DNA of 64,000 bases from Eledone cirrhosa (lineage: Eukaryota): contig OZ024748.1 in assembly GCA_964016885.1 (NCBI GenBank), positions 5,208,001 to 5,272,000 of the forward strand, in the 5' to 3' direction. The position numbers were made by a program, and so were the translations under genes. The notes under the pieces are model-generated. The model was not told where the DNA came from. It did no database searches and worked only from the letters and a program-made list of their open reading frames with translations. Shown here in pieces: positions 25,411-39,706 of this stretch. Position 1 is the stretch's first letter. Each line of letters begins with the position of its first letter.

Positions 25411-28040
25411 CGTTTGTACACCAAATCTTTGGCTCTATCCCAAAGTTAGAAAACCTTAATATTTCTATTAGCATGGCGAAGAACTCATAGAATTGGCGGA
25501 GCATCAACAGAAATGTTTTCCACTTTTTAGTTACGTGTTTTTCGTTAAAATTTCAAATTCCGCCGAGGCTGACTTGGGACCCGAACATATGACGAAACAT
25601 GAACAATAAATAAACCAAACAACAATTAAGTTTCTATAAAAAAGAAAGAAGTAAATAAACAATAAATTCGCAAATCTTGCCAAATTGGTAAGTTGCCAAA
25701 TTGGTAAATTGTAAAATTATAGCAATTGGTTAAATTGGCAAACAAACAGAAAAATAATCCCTGAAGCAAAAGAGAAAAAATATCCGCTTATGTAGTTAGA
25801 GATCAGATCTGATGCCAAAATTATCAGAACGAGGGTTTGGTTGATTAGTAAAATTAGTAGAGAGCCAGACCTTTACGTTCTGATGCAAATATCGCCATGA
25901 CAGACTTTACTTTTCAACCCACCATGGTGAATAAAAATAATATAACAAGTACTTCAATCGATATAATCTAAAATTTGAGACCTATATAATATAGAAAAGA
26001 GGTCGATTGATTTGCTTACTCGAAATAGCCTTGAATAAAAATGCCCTGGGGTATTTATTTATGTCCGTTTGTATTCTGTGTTCAATTCTAACAGAGAAAC
26101 AAAACAGAACTTAACTCTGGTGTTCATCAATTATTTCTTCTCCCATTAAGTCTTCAAATATATATATTTTTCATGGATTATCATGAATTTTTCGAATAAC
26201 AAAATGCATATTTTAGTTCAAATCCTGCATGTTCACCGGAGACAGGGAATTTGTTTAATATAGAAAAAAATATTTTTTAAAATGCAAAAAAATGGCTCTA
26301 ATAAAGATTTCTAATTTAGGTCTAAGGTTAACAATTTCTAGGGGAGGAAATATCGAATACATTGACTTCAGTACGTGGCTGGTAGTTTATTGTATTGACC
26401 AGTAAGTAAGGATAAAAGGAAACTTTTCTCACGCTGGCTTTAACAAAATACTGTAAGACACTCTGCCAATCCCCCGACCCTTTCGCTAATAATAATAAAA
26501 ATAATAACATAGTGAATTGGGATTTCTTTACCGGATTTTAACGTTTCATATAACATGTTCTTACTTCATTAAGTTGAATTTTGTTCAAGTAACACCATCA
26601 GTCTTCTCCTTCGCTATCAGCCCCTAACCTTCCATTATATCATTATTTCACACTTTAAACTATTATTTCTAGTGTACACCCCACTACTTAGTCACAACAT
26701 GAAACAAAAATAATTACCAAAATTCGCACAACTCACAAGTCTGAAAATAAAACGAAGAATTAATAACTTAAAGACACAAGGGGTAATGCAGTTTCGTAAG
26801 GAACCGGAAGAAATACCGCAAATCATTCTGAGTGCTTCGCCCAATGCGGAGCATCGAGCAAGGTTGACCAGAGTCATAGCAACAACATAGACATTGCAAG
26901 CCAACTATACTCCTTTACGAACTTGCAAGGTGATATTATACAGTTACTCGACTTACTAAAAATAACTAGCAAATCCTCACTCCTCAAGAAACAAACTCTA
27001 ATGTCTTGATACAAAAAAAAAAAAAAAAATAGACGTGTCCTCTCAGAGTTCCTGAGGCAAAATATAGGTCTAACTGATTATTTATCAATTCCAGTACTTG
27101 GCTGGTACTTATTGCATCGAACCACGAAAGATTAAATCACAATTAACCCTGATAAAGTTTGAAACAGGGACTAAAAGAACTTTACTACCATTAATATTTT
27201 AATAACCTTCGTGAAACGAAAAGGTAAGTTACATTTTTGAATATTTTTGTTTTGGTTTGTTTGTTCAAATTTATATTTTATGTTGGGATAAATGACTAAA
27301 TGTTACATTTTACCTTTATTGTATATTGAAGTGTTTGTTTTAATGTAATCACTGGCGCACACACTTGTATACATACATACACACATACATATACAGGGTG
27401 TCCCAAAATTGTATATACATATTTATTAGAATGCTGTTGAAATATGTATACATACACACACACATTCATAGATATATGTATGATTGAGTACACTTATTTC
27501 TTATTCTATATGTATTTACATGATACTAATTGTTTCTCAACTAGATATATGAAAGAGATTTTTTCGTATACCGTTTTAATTTGTATAAATTATGCTTTGA
27601 GCTTAATCTTCCTTGAGCTTTCTTTGTTGAGTAACTCAATCAATATACATTGTATATATGGACAGATTTAAACTAATTATATACATATATATATATATAT
27701 GTATAGGTGAAGGCGTGTGGCTGAGTGGTTAGAGAATTGGATTCACAATCTTGAGGTTGTGAGTTCGATTCCTGGACCGGGCGATGCGTTATGTCCTTGA
27801 GCAAGACACTTTATTTCACGTTGCTCCTTCTACCTGGAGTTGCGACCGATAGATAGTACTAGCAACTGGAAAGACCAACGGAAACATTGTTTCCTCGGTC
27901 CGATTTGACGAAAGTCGATCGATTGAAAAAAAAAAAAAATATGTATAGGAAGAGAGTCAAGCCTGAACCTAATATAACTTTGTAAAATATACCTCCTGTG
28001 TTTTGTTTGTTCCATTTATTAACTACTATATATATATATA

Positions 28041-28148
28041 TAACGAAGGAAGTGTGGTAAGGAACCAGGTGGACCATAACGCACAAGAGTACTCGATACT
28101 TAGGGTTGTAGAGTGGGTAACAGGAAAAGAGTCAGGACCCCGGGGTCA

Positions 28149-28150
<2 letters not shown>
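28041..28150 (-). mobile_element. Family B element, internally deleted
   Basis: Tail sequence AACGAAGGAAGTGTGGTAAGGAACC... then a collapsed GACCCCGGGGTC palindrome. Confidence 0.7.
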
Positions 28151-28213
<63 letters not shown>

Positions 28214-28988
28214 CTTTCAGTTTTTCTCGCCCTCATCGTCACCACCACAACACAGTCCATGTCTCCATACAACACCGCCTCCACTGTCACATCTGGATTA
28301 CGTCGGGAGGTAAATTCAAATACTACTATCACTACCACCACCACCAATAACACCAACATCAACAGCAACACTACAACTAACATTAACTCATCTACCACTA
28401 AAACATCAACAACAACACCAACAACATTACAGAAACTATTATTAACCCAACCACCAACACCACCCCGTCACAACAACGACAACAACAACACTATATTAAT
28501 ACAACGACCACCACTATCTCTACCCCTTACGGCAACAACAAGATCATCATCAACCAAACCTCCATCACCACCACCGCCACCAAACCTCCATCACCACCAC
28601 CAAACCACCACCAAACCTCCACCACCACCACAACCAAACCTCCATCACCACCACCAAACCACCACCACCACCAAACCTCCACCACCACCACACCTCCATC
28701 ACCACCGCCACCAAACCTCCACCACCACCACCAAACCTCCATCACCACCACCACCAAACCTCCACCACCACCACCACCACACCTCCACCACCACCGCCAC
28801 TCTATAACTACTCTGCTTTACGTCGGAAGTTAAATCCTAACCCCACCCCACTACAATTCCTACCCTAACATTTTCTATCCCCTACAACCTATTAACCCCC
28901 CCCACTCCATCACATGGAACTCGCCTGATAATTTACTCCAAGACACACGCACACACACACACACACACGCACACGCACACACACGCAC

Positions 28989-29036
<48 letters not shown>

Positions 29037-29546
29037 GCGCACACAGACACACACACATATATATATATATATACACACACACATAAAACCACTCAGGAAT
29101 AGAGATACCTATACTGACACACGTACACATAAAACATATCCAGAGAGAGTGTGTGTGTGTGTGTGTGTGTGTGTGGATATATTTTTATGTGTACGTTTGG
29201 ATTTCTGTATTTGTGAGTGGTTTTGTGTATATGTGTATGTGTATATATACATATGCCTGTGTGTGTGTGTCCGTATTTATAATAATTGTTTCTACTTTTG
29301 GCACAAGGCCAGCAATTACCCAGTGTATTACTGGTACTTTATTTTATCGGTATTTATAATAATGTGCATTTTTATGTATGTATTAGTATATATGTTTATA
29401 TGTGTGTTTAACACCCATATACATATATACATATATATATATACACAGAGAGGAGTAAATGTCCATACGTACACACAGAGCCACTTCCTCTAGTTCTCTC
29501 ACAATCATCTGTGTAGGGAAGTGAATGTTATCATGTGTGTGAAAGA

Positions 29547-29605
<59 letters not shown>

Positions 29606-29688
29606 TATATGTATAAATCTACCTTTATATTTCTCTATCTATCTGTCTGCCTGTCCATATATCTGTCGATGTATCTCATCTATCTACA

Positions 29689-29758
<70 letters not shown>

Positions 29759-30843
29759 CCTATCTAATCATCTATCTCATTTACTTCCAAACATCGTTAC
29801 AATCTCATTAACAGAGGCGAAATTATCCCCGTTCACCGTCCATCTCCCACATGCCAACGTCCAACACACAGCACAACATTAAAACCTAACACACCCCCTT
29901 AATAATATCCATGTCACCAAACACACCACCACCACTACTTCCTTCTCTGCCACCGATGTCTTTGCTTCCGTTATTCCGCCCTTCAAATCAACCCCCAGCT
30001 TAAACAGTCTCCACCCTCAACAATCTTCCGATGCCCTGCCCACAATAATATTTACCCATAACTGCACCCTCTACTAATTAGCACCCTCATCCATCTGACT
30101 CCCATCCTACTAAATATAGTCCCGCCTTCTTCTCCTACTTTCACTCATCCCACAACTCTTGCCCCTACTCCTTTATACTCCTCCCCGGTACAGATGATAT
30201 TCTAAATATTACGTACTTTACACACACACACATATATATACATATATATATATACATATATATATATACATATATATATATATACATTAATCATAACTTA
30301 TACACACACACGACATAATGATACACTTTTATAGAAACACACGCACATGTTGGTGTGTGTATATATATATATATATATACTTGTGTTAATGTTATTTGCT
30401 TGTACGAAAGAAATTTCTATATAATGTATACCTGTGTGTATTTATATATGTATATATATATATATATATATATGCGTGTGGGTGTGTGCGTACGTATGCT
30501 TATATACACAACAAAAAAGCGCGCGCGCACACACACACACACGCAAGCTATTGAATGATATGTTTAATATAATTGTTTCTACTTTTGGCACAAGGCCAGC
30601 AATTATCCCAGCGTATTACTGGTACTTTATTTTATCGATCCCGTAAGGATGAAAGGCAAAGTTAACCTCGACGGGATTTATACATACATGTTTGTATGTA
30701 GATAAGTAGTGTCTGTATGAATGTATGTATAAATATATGCGCAGACTTCGAAGTCACTGGCAATAATATTTGTTGTTTTTATGTATATTAAAAAATATTT
30801 TTGGTAGTATTATCTCTCTCTCTCTCTCCCTCTCTCTCTCTCT

Positions 30844-30880
<37 letters not shown>

Positions 30881-30885
<5 letters not shown>

Positions 30886-31069
30886 CGGAGGAGGTGTGGT
30901 AAGGAACCAGATGGACCATAACGCACCAGAGTACTGAATACTTAGGGAAGTAGAGTGGGTAATAGGAAAATGTTTAACCCAGACGGCAGAGCTCAAGCCG
31001 TTTCGACGGCTATTTCAGTCCAGAAATAGCCGTTGAAACGGCTTGAGCTCTGCTGTCTGGGTTAAACAT

Positions 31070-31073
<4 letters not shown>
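30881..31073 (-). mobile_element. Fold-back element family B
   Basis: Tail followed by palindrome about 30967-31073; homologous to 17591-17785; (TA)n flanks. Confidence 0.8.
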
Positions 31074-31112
<39 letters not shown>

Positions 31113-31929
31113 GGTCGGATGTATCTGAGGGGAAACGAACCCTCGCATCTCTAGGATCGCCACTGTCCAATTTTGTCTTCTCCAATGTTTTCCATTATCA
31201 TTTATAGGGATCTACTATTATTAGTATCATTTACGTTGGGATAACTATATTTCAAATATACATACACTTATAATCAAACCAATACTCTTTCACGCATACT
31301 CACAAACACACATACACAGACACACACGCATACACGTACATTCAAAACACAAACACTCACAGAGCAATGTATACATATATAAAATAAGCGACTTCAATTT
31401 TATATACAGAAATGTGTTTACACACATGCACACACACATGCCAGGCACTCTAACACTCTCACACACACACACGCACACACTTATGATAACACACACGCAT
31501 TAATATATACATTTATATATAAACCATTACACTAATTCATACATAATATGCATATAAACATACATATAACTACTTACATATACATGCATCCTTAAAAACT
31601 TAACATAAACCACACCCTATTTAAAACACCACGCCTACCTGTCATTACACAACACATTTATTATTTATAGACACCACCCATTTTCTACGTCATTCATAAC
31701 TCCGCCTACTGCGTGAAAATGATAAATCACTAAATACATCTTATCACCGCCCTCTCTCGGCTCCAGCCATTCAGTTTTTAACATGTTTAATATTATATTA
31801 CAAATCACAGTAGTAGACAGGCGTAGATGAGGAGGGGGAGATAAATCACAGTAAGGCGAAAGTTTGCGCCGAGGTTTCGAACTGCGGTCGAAAGAGCAAG
31901 TCAAAATAATTTTATGCATAATAAATAGT

Positions 31930-32225
31930 GGGGGTGCGTGCTCTAGCGGTAAGGGTGTTGGACTTACGATCATAATGTTGTGGGTTCGAATTCTGGGCTG
32001 GATGGTACATAGCCTAGCGGTAAGGGTGTTGGTCTTATGATGATAATGTTGTGGGTTCGATTTCTGGGCTGCGTCGCGTGGTGTGTTCTGGAACAAAACA
32101 CTTTATTTTACGTTGCTCCAGTATACACAGCTGAAAATGAGTTTAACCCTGCAATGGACTAGCGTCTTGTCCAGGTGTACTCTCAGTCGCTTCATGTCAT
32201 GAATAAGCACCAGCCGAACGAACCT
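31930..32225 (+). mobile_element. S2 SINE with duplicated tRNA head, tail type d
   Basis: CTAGCGGTAAGGGTGTTGG...GTGGGTTCGA.TTCTGGGCTG occurs twice (about 31942 and 32014), then the core and AACCCTGCAATGGACTAGCGTC. Confidence 0.7.
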
Positions 32226-32698
32226 TCCGCCGTAAAACAGACTTCAGTCAATAAATAGCGGAGGAAATGCATGAAAATCACAACTTCCTTATTCCAATAT
32301 TTAAAATGTACAAAGATTTTAGTTTAGGCATTGAGTCAGTCTTAATCAAGCAGATTTAATACGTTTAAAGCCGTTCCCGAAGTGACCATCTCGTCTAATA
32401 TCTCGACTTATTTATTTTTTTCCAAAACTTAAAACGGCGTTGGTTACTAATTCCAGTAAAAGGTTTGACCGCGTTCATGCTCCTTTGTTGGATCATCCGG
32501 CCATACTGGGGCACGGTCTTCAACGGAGTTTTTGTAGTCCATTATGTGGAACCTAGGATAGACATTTCAAGTAGAATATTTATTTTTTCTCGGTCTCTAT
32601 TTGTCGAAGTGCTAGGTTACGAATTATAAACAAACAGTAAACGAAAACCCAGACACGCTCACACAAACACACACACAGCTATTGGATTCGCCAGCTGC

Positions 32699-32730
<32 letters not shown>

Positions 32731-32734
32731 TGTG

Positions 32735-32940
32735 AGAAAAACCACAGACCCTCCATCTCAACTCTAATTTTGAAAAGCAGAAGAACTGCGAAACCGGTAA
32801 AGGAACCAAATAAATAAATATATATTTTTAAAAAATAAGACTCCAGTTGCATTTTCGATTTCATCTTTTTTTCGTTATATTTTCACTCGTGTAGGATACC
32901 TCGGTTATTTTTCATTTTGTTAAAAAAAAACCTCACTTTC

Positions 32941-32946
<6 letters not shown>
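32735..32946. repeat. (TA)n-embedded dispersed repeat; inverted partial copy at 14847-14957
   Basis: 32835-32945 is the reverse complement of 14847-14957; contains GCAG-AAGAA-CTGC-GAAAC-CG-GTA, a degenerate HHR-like half. Confidence 0.6.
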
Positions 32947-32987
<41 letters not shown>

Positions 32988-33051
32988 ATAAATGTGAAGA
33001 CTAAAATCGAAAGAGAGCTCGATAAGGATAAATATATATTAAATATAGAGC

Positions 33052-33326
33052 AAATATTTATTAAAATAACAGATGAAAGTTTAAGCAAAGAATCGCTGCT
33101 TTCACCCTTAACGACGTATTATCTTCGCTTTTTTCCGTCCTTTGCCAGAGAACGTCTTCACCAACCAAAGTATCGTCTTCCTGTCTTCCTTCGGTTGCAA
33201 CGTTTCTCGAAATATTTACTTCTGCGTTCACAGATTCTTTTTTTGTTTTTTAGTTTCAGAAGATCCCGTTAAGGGTGAAAGCAGCGATTCTTTGCTTAAA
33301 CTTTAATCTGTTATTTTAATAAATAT
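33052..33326. mobile_element. Fold-back element family C (about 60-bp arms, about 155-bp loop); single-arm copies at 46095-46131 and 49928-49984
   Basis: ATATTTATTAAAATAACAGAT...CACCCTTAACG is inverted at 33267-33326; HHR-like CAGAAGA-TCCC-GTTAA-GGGT-GAAA...TTC at the right arm. Confidence 0.7.
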
Positions 33327-33343
33327 AAATATATATATATATA

Positions 33344-33388
<45 letters not shown>

Positions 33389-33671
33389 GCATATATATAT
33401 ATCACATGCACAGCCAAGATGAAGAAAACTGAGGCATTTTATAATTCTAACATTTTTTTTACAAGAATGACCAGAAACAAATATATTAGTGAAATAAAGA
33501 TGGTAAGAAACTTTGCTCAAACTCCATAATTCGTATACACAAGTAGCTATATATTTTAATCCGAACATTAATTCGATAAATTAGACAGTAAACATTAAGA
33601 TGCGCACTTCATGTCTTCAGAGAATTGGCGTATTATATCACAACATATATATATATATGATATATGGAATA

Positions 33672-34110
33672 TAATTGTTTCTACTTTTGGCACAAGGCCA
33701 GCAATCACCCAGTGCATTACTGGTACTTTATTTTATCGACCCCGTAAGGATGAAAGGCAAAGTTAACCTCGGCGGGATTTGAACTCAGAATGGCAAGGGC
33801 CGTAACTCTATGCATCAAAGCATGGCGTCCGACCCTCTACCGATACTGCCAGGAATATAATGTACCTCTATTAATAACCACTAAAGAGAGTAACGTTAAG
33901 TTTTAAGGGACAACAATATCATTATATTCCTGGCAGTATCGGTAGAGGGTCGGACGCCATGCTTTGACGCATAGAGTTACGGCCCTTGCCATTCTGAGTT
34001 CAAATCCCGCCGAGGTTAACTTTGCCTTTCATCCTTACGGGGTCGATAAAATAAAGTACCAGTAATGTACTGGTTAATTGCTGGCCTTGTGCCTAACGTA
34101 GAAACAATTA
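33672..34110. mobile_element. Head-to-head pair of S1 SINEs (33672-33851 minus, 33931-34110 plus)
   Basis: Near-identical inverted copies about 80 bp apart; left copy has TSD GGAATATAAT. Confidence 0.88.
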
Positions 34111-34264
34111 TATTTACCAAAATAGTAGCGGTCCACTCTGTGATAAAATAGAATTAATTTAATCAGGCTACTACCCTGTCAGAATGAACCTGGCATCACA
34201 GTTTCTGAAAAGTAATCCTTAATAACTCATCTTTGCTTGCGCCTAATAACCCCCCACCCCTCAT

Positions 34265-34297
<33 letters not shown>

Positions 34298-34458
34298 CGC
34301 AAACACATATACACACACACACATATATATATATACATATAATGGGGACACATGTTTCTACTATTTTCCAAATTTGACCAATCATATGTGAGTAGAATTT
34401 GGCTGACTGAAACTAAGTCAAAGTCTGTTATAGGTATGTGTGTATACATATAAGTATG

Positions 34459-34490
<32 letters not shown>

Positions 34491-34569
34491 TATATATATA
34501 ATATCAATAACGTGAAAGTAATAACACTTTCTGTAGTGGTATCGCTATTTATTACTTTTTAATCTTGAA

Positions 34570-34612
<43 letters not shown>

Positions 34613-34870
34613 TGTGTGTGTGTGTGTGTCTATATACACGTGAGTGTGTGTGTAATTACATATAGAATTGCTACATTACAATATCCATTATACAGGACAG
34701 GAAGATAAAGGGTGAACCCAGTATAAAGTGATTAAACTCTAATAGTTGTGTAATGTTTGTGATTATCTTATAATGGTATTTATACACACCATTTACATCG
34801 ACTGAGATGGAGAAATAGAGAATAACTTATATGTAAAACACACGAAGAATTGCATATATACTACATAGAG

Positions 34871-37800
34871 CAGTGGTTCCCAACCTTTCGTGCACCATGC
34901 CCACCTCAACATTTCAAAAATTGTTGACCCCACCCCACCCAATTTATATGAAAATAGCAATGATCAACTGCAAAGTGTAAACAATTTTTTGTGTATGGAT
35001 CTACAATAACATATGTGGTGGAGGAGGTGAGACAGGAGTTTCTGATAGTAATGTGTACCATATAGGTTGTGCCAGATGTACAATAACATGTGGTGGAGGA
35101 GGTGAGACAGGAGTTTCTGATAGTAATGTGTACCATATAGGTTGTGCCAGATGTACAATAACATGTGGTGGAGGAGGTGAGACAGGAGTTTCTGATAGTA
35201 ATGTGTACCATATAGGTTGTGCCAGATGTACAATAACATGTGGTGGAGGAGGTGAGACAGGAGTTTCTGATAGTAATGTGTACCATGTAGGTGGTGCCAG
35301 ATGTACAATAACATGTGGTGGAGGAGGTGAGACAGGAGTTTCTGATAGTAATATCTACCATATAGGTTGTGCCAGATGTACAATAACATGTGGAGGAGGA
35401 GGTGAGACAGGAGTTTCTGATAGTAATGTGTACCATATAGGTGGTGCCAGATGTACAATAACATGTGGTGGAGGAGGTGAGACAGGAGTTTCTGATAGTA
35501 ATGTGTACCATATAGGTGGTGCCAGATGTACAATAACATGTGGTGGAGGAGGTGAGACAGGAGTTTCTGATAGTAATGTGTACCATATAGGTGGTGCCAG
35601 ATGTACAATAACATGTGTGGTGGAGGAGGTGAGACAGGAGTTTCTGATAGTAATGTGTACCATATAGGTTGTGCCAGATCTACAATAACATGTGGAGGAG
35701 GAGGTGAGACAGGAGTTTCAAGCAGTAATATCTACCATATAGGTTGTGCCAGATGTACAATAACATGTGGTGGAGGAGGTGAGACAGGAGTTTCAAGCAG
35801 TAATATCTACCATATAGGTGGTGCCAGATGTACAATAACATGTGGTGGAGGAGGTGAGACAGGAGTTTCTGATAGTAATGTGTACCATATAGGTTGTGCC
35901 AGATGTACAATAACATGTGGAGGAGGAGGTGAGACAGGAGTTTCTGATAGTAATGTGTACCATATAGGTGGTGCCAGATGTACAATAACATGTGGTGGAG
36001 GAGGTGAGACAGGAGTTTCTGATAGTAATGTGTACCATATAGGTGGTGCCAGATGTACAATAACATGTGGTGGAGGAGGTGAGACAGGAGTTTCTGATAG
36101 TAATGTGTACCATATAGGTGGTGCCAGATGTACAATAACATGTGGTGGAGGAGGTGAGACAGGAGTTTCTGATAGTAATATCTACCATATAGGTTGTGCC
36201 AGATGTACAATAACATGTGGTGGAGGAGGTGAGACAGGAGTTTCTGATAGTAATGTGTACCATATAGGTTGTGCCAGATGTACAATAACATGTGGTGGAG
36301 GAGGTGAGACAGGAGTTTCTGATAGTAATGTGTACCATATAGGTTGTGCCAGATGTACAATAACATGTGGTGGAGGAGGTGAGACAGGAGTTTCTGATAG
36401 TAATGTGTACCATATAGGTTGTGCCAGATGTACAATAACATATGTGGTGGAGGAGGTGAGACAGGAGTTTCTGATAGTAATGTGTACCATATAGGTGGTG
36501 CCAGATGTACAATAACATATGTGGTGGAGGAGGTGAGACAGGAGTTTCTGATAGTAATGTGTACCATATAGGTGGTGCCAGATGTACAATAACATGTGGT
36601 GGAGGAGGTGAGACAGGAGTTTCTGATAGTAATGTGTACCATATAGGTTGTGCCAGATCTACAATAACATGTGGAGGAGGAGGTGAGACAGGAGTTTCAA
36701 GCAGTAATATCTACCATATAGGTTGTGCCAGATGTACAATAACATGTGGTGGAGGAGGTGAGACAGGAGTTTCAAGCAGTAATATCTACCATATAGGTTG
36801 TGCCAGATGTACAATAACATGTGGTGGAGGAGGTGAGACAGGAGTTTCAAGCAGTAATATCTACCATATAGGTTGTGCCAGATGTACAATAACATGTGGT
36901 GGAGGAGGTGAGACAGGAGTTTCTGATAGTAATGTGTACCATATAGGTGGTGCCAGATGTAGAATAACATGTGGAGGAGGTGAGACAGGAGTTTCTGATA
37001 GTAATGTGTACCATATAGGTTGTGCCAGATGTACAATAACATGTGGTGGAGGAGGTGAGACAGGAGTTTCAAGCAGTAATATCTACCATATAGGTTGTGC
37101 CAGATGTACAATAACATGTGGTGGAGGAGGTGAGACAGGAGTTTCTGATAGTAATGTGTACCATATAGGTTGTGCCAGATGTACAATAACATGTGGTGGA
37201 GGAGGTGAGACTGGAGTTTCAAGCAGTAATATCTACCATATAGGTTGTGCCAGATGTACAATAACATGTGGTGGAGGAGGTGAGACAGGAGTTTCAAGCA
37301 GTAATATCTACCATATAGGTTGTGCCAGATGTACAATAACATGTGGTGGAGGAGGTGAGACAGGAGTTTCAAGCAGTAATATCTACCATATAGGTTGTGC
37401 CAGATGTACAATAACATGTGGTGGAGGAGGTGAGACAGGAGTTTCAAGCAGTAATATCTACCATATAGGTTGTGCCAGATGTACAATAACATGTGGTGGA
37501 GGAGGTGAGACAGGAGTTTCTGATAGTAATGTGTACCATATAGGTTGTGCCAGATGTACAATAACATGTGGTGGAGGAGGTGAGACAGGAGTTTCTGATA
37601 GTAATGTGTACCATATAGGTTGTGCCAGATGTACAATAACATATGTGGTGGAGGAGGTGAGACAGGAGTTTCTGATAGTAATGTGTACCATATAGGTGGT
37701 GCCAGATGTACAATAACATGTGGTGGAGGAGGTGAGACAGGAGTTTCTGACAGTAAAGTCTATCAAAGTGCCTTGGTGAAAAAGTAATAAAGTAAAACCT

Positions 37801-37888
37801 AAAGTTTGTTCTCATTAATGCTCAAATGGATCCCTTAAATATTCAAATTGCCACTTCTGCGGTGTGCACCCCACGTTGGGAATCACTA
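34871..37888. mobile_element. hAT (Charlie-like) non-autonomous element carrying an internal satellite
   Basis: TIRs CAGTGGTTCCCAAC / GTTGGGAATCACTA; 8-bp TSD ACATAGAG (34863-34870) / ACCTAGAG (37889-37896). Confidence 0.8.
34997..37762. repeat. 75-bp tandem satellite, about 37 copies
   Basis: Unit AGATGTACAATAACATGTGGTGGAGGAGGTGAGACAGGAGTTTCTGATAGTAATGTGTACCATATAGGTTGTGCC with a few recurrent variants. Confidence 0.97.
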
Positions 37889-38574
37889 ACCTAGAGTGAG
37901 AGAAACTGGGGTAAGTGGAGAAAATGTGTGATGTCCGAACGAGTGTCTGCCATCTCCAGCTAACCTTCCCCCCGTCTCTTGGTCCCAGCCGATAGGATGG
38001 AGAAGACGTTGCTTCGGAAGGTGGGGAGGGTGACTTACGGGAACAGCCACCCCACCACTCGGGGCCCGATCCTGCGGGCAGCCAGCCAGCCAGCTTCGCT
38101 CCGATAACAGTGAATAGGGATTTGGTGCTGGAGCCAAAAATTTCGATGTCTCCACTGTTACAGGCTCTACCACAAAGGTGTCAGAGAGCGTCCGTTATTT
38201 GGACTGTTTGCGCTCTACGGCTTGGTGGGCAGCAGAACCTGCGCTGGTCGACGAACGCACCAGGTTTCCCCACTAGAGAATGTGTCAGAGCATATATGAG
38301 TATTGTAAGTACAGTTGTATGTCCATAGATGCACAGATAAAAGTCATTATGTGAATATACATCGAATGCATTTACCCAAAAAGCAGAACTGGTCTACATA
38401 TACTAAGTAGCAGATTTTACACCAGTGTCTTAATGCGGTCTAGGGGTCTCTCACTCCACCGCTACCCTTGCAAAAATAGTACAGAAGGATGAGTGCCAAA
38501 GTTGACCTCTGTAGAATTTGAACTTACAACAGAAATAGCCGGAACAAATATCTCTTCTGTGAAGCTTAATAAAT

Positions 38575-38765
38575 ATTTCTACTTTTAGTATAAGGCCAGC
38601 AATTTGAAAGTGAGGGGAAAGTCGATTAAATCGACCTCAGTGCATTACTGGTGCTTTATTTTATTGATCCCGAAAGGATGAAACGCATAGCTAACCTCAG
38701 CGGAATTTGAACTCATATCGTAAAGGGACATAACTATATGCATCAAAGCATGTTATCCGACTCTA
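38575..38765 (-). mobile_element. S1 SINE; further copies or fragments at about 5253-5413, 29282-29350, 30570-30680, 39345-39680, 41105-41260, 54410-54500 and 58480-58750
   Basis: Shared central box and B-box on the indicated or either strand. Confidence 0.72.
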
Positions 38766-38873
38766 AGATATATTCAGTCCATAAATCTTAATGATTCTTA
38801 GTAATAATAATACGACATATATTTACTCTCTATATATATTATGTGCATATATGTGTGTGATATCTACAAACAA

Positions 38874-38912
<39 letters not shown>

Positions 38913-39706
38913 CATATATGTGTGTGTGCGCGCGCAGCGAGTGGTGGAGAAAGAGAATGACAGCATAAAAGGGAGAGCGAGTCAACAATATTATGTAGTT
39001 CTCTTAAATTCTTCTCCAAACAATACAAATCTATATATTTGAACTGCAGCTGCAGAATTGTCTCCCTTGTATCGGACGCCATACAGTAGTGGACGCAATT
39101 CTTTCCCTTCGTAAATTCCCAAGCTATAGCTGCTGTTCATAGCTATAGTAGCTGACGCCAAGATGGCGTAACTCGGGGAGCTGTATATATATATGTTCCA
39201 CACTGTCTTAATATTGGGCTGTCTTCACTCTTTTTTTTATTTCTAATTAATTATTCTGTTGTCCTGTATTCTCACATCTGATTTTATATATACACATCCA
39301 TCCCCACACAAACACACAGCCCCACCACCACCGTCACATATCATAAGGCCAACACTTTTGAAGGGGGGGGGGGGAGTTGACTAATCACCACCAGTTCTTC
39401 ATTTGGTATTATCTCGGAAAGATGAAAGGAAACGTTGACGTCGACAGGATTTGAACTCAGAAAGTAAGAGGCCAGAACTCTATGCTGCTAAGCATGTTGT
39501 CCGATGTCACTACCGATTCTGACAATCCACTAATAATATTAATAATGATAGTTTCTGATTTAGGTAAAAAGGGCAACAGTTTTTTGGGGACGGGAAAGTC
39601 GATTAAATCAAATCAGTGCATTACTGGTACTATATTTTATAGACCCTGCTGTAGGGATGAAAGACAAAGCTATCACCTCCACCTTCATTCAACTTTCTTC
39701 TTGAAT

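Noticed and set aside
35053-37695. Long ORFs of repeated CTITCGGGGETGVSDSNVYHIGCAR and their antisense equivalents
   Set aside because: A 75-bp unit is a multiple of 3, so frames stay open by construction; 2-bp insertions break the frame several times and the array lies within MITE TIRs.
34997-37762. CRISPR-like array
   Set aside because: Units are contiguous near-identical repeats with no unique spacers, there are no cas genes, and the context is eukaryotic.
37890-38280. GC-rich segment with short ORFs, possibly a LINE ORF1 fragment
   Set aside because: No diagnostic motif; unassignable by eye.
39150-39172. CAAGATGGCG YY1-like site as a host promoter
   Set aside because: Single short motif with no CpG island or adjacent exon evidence.
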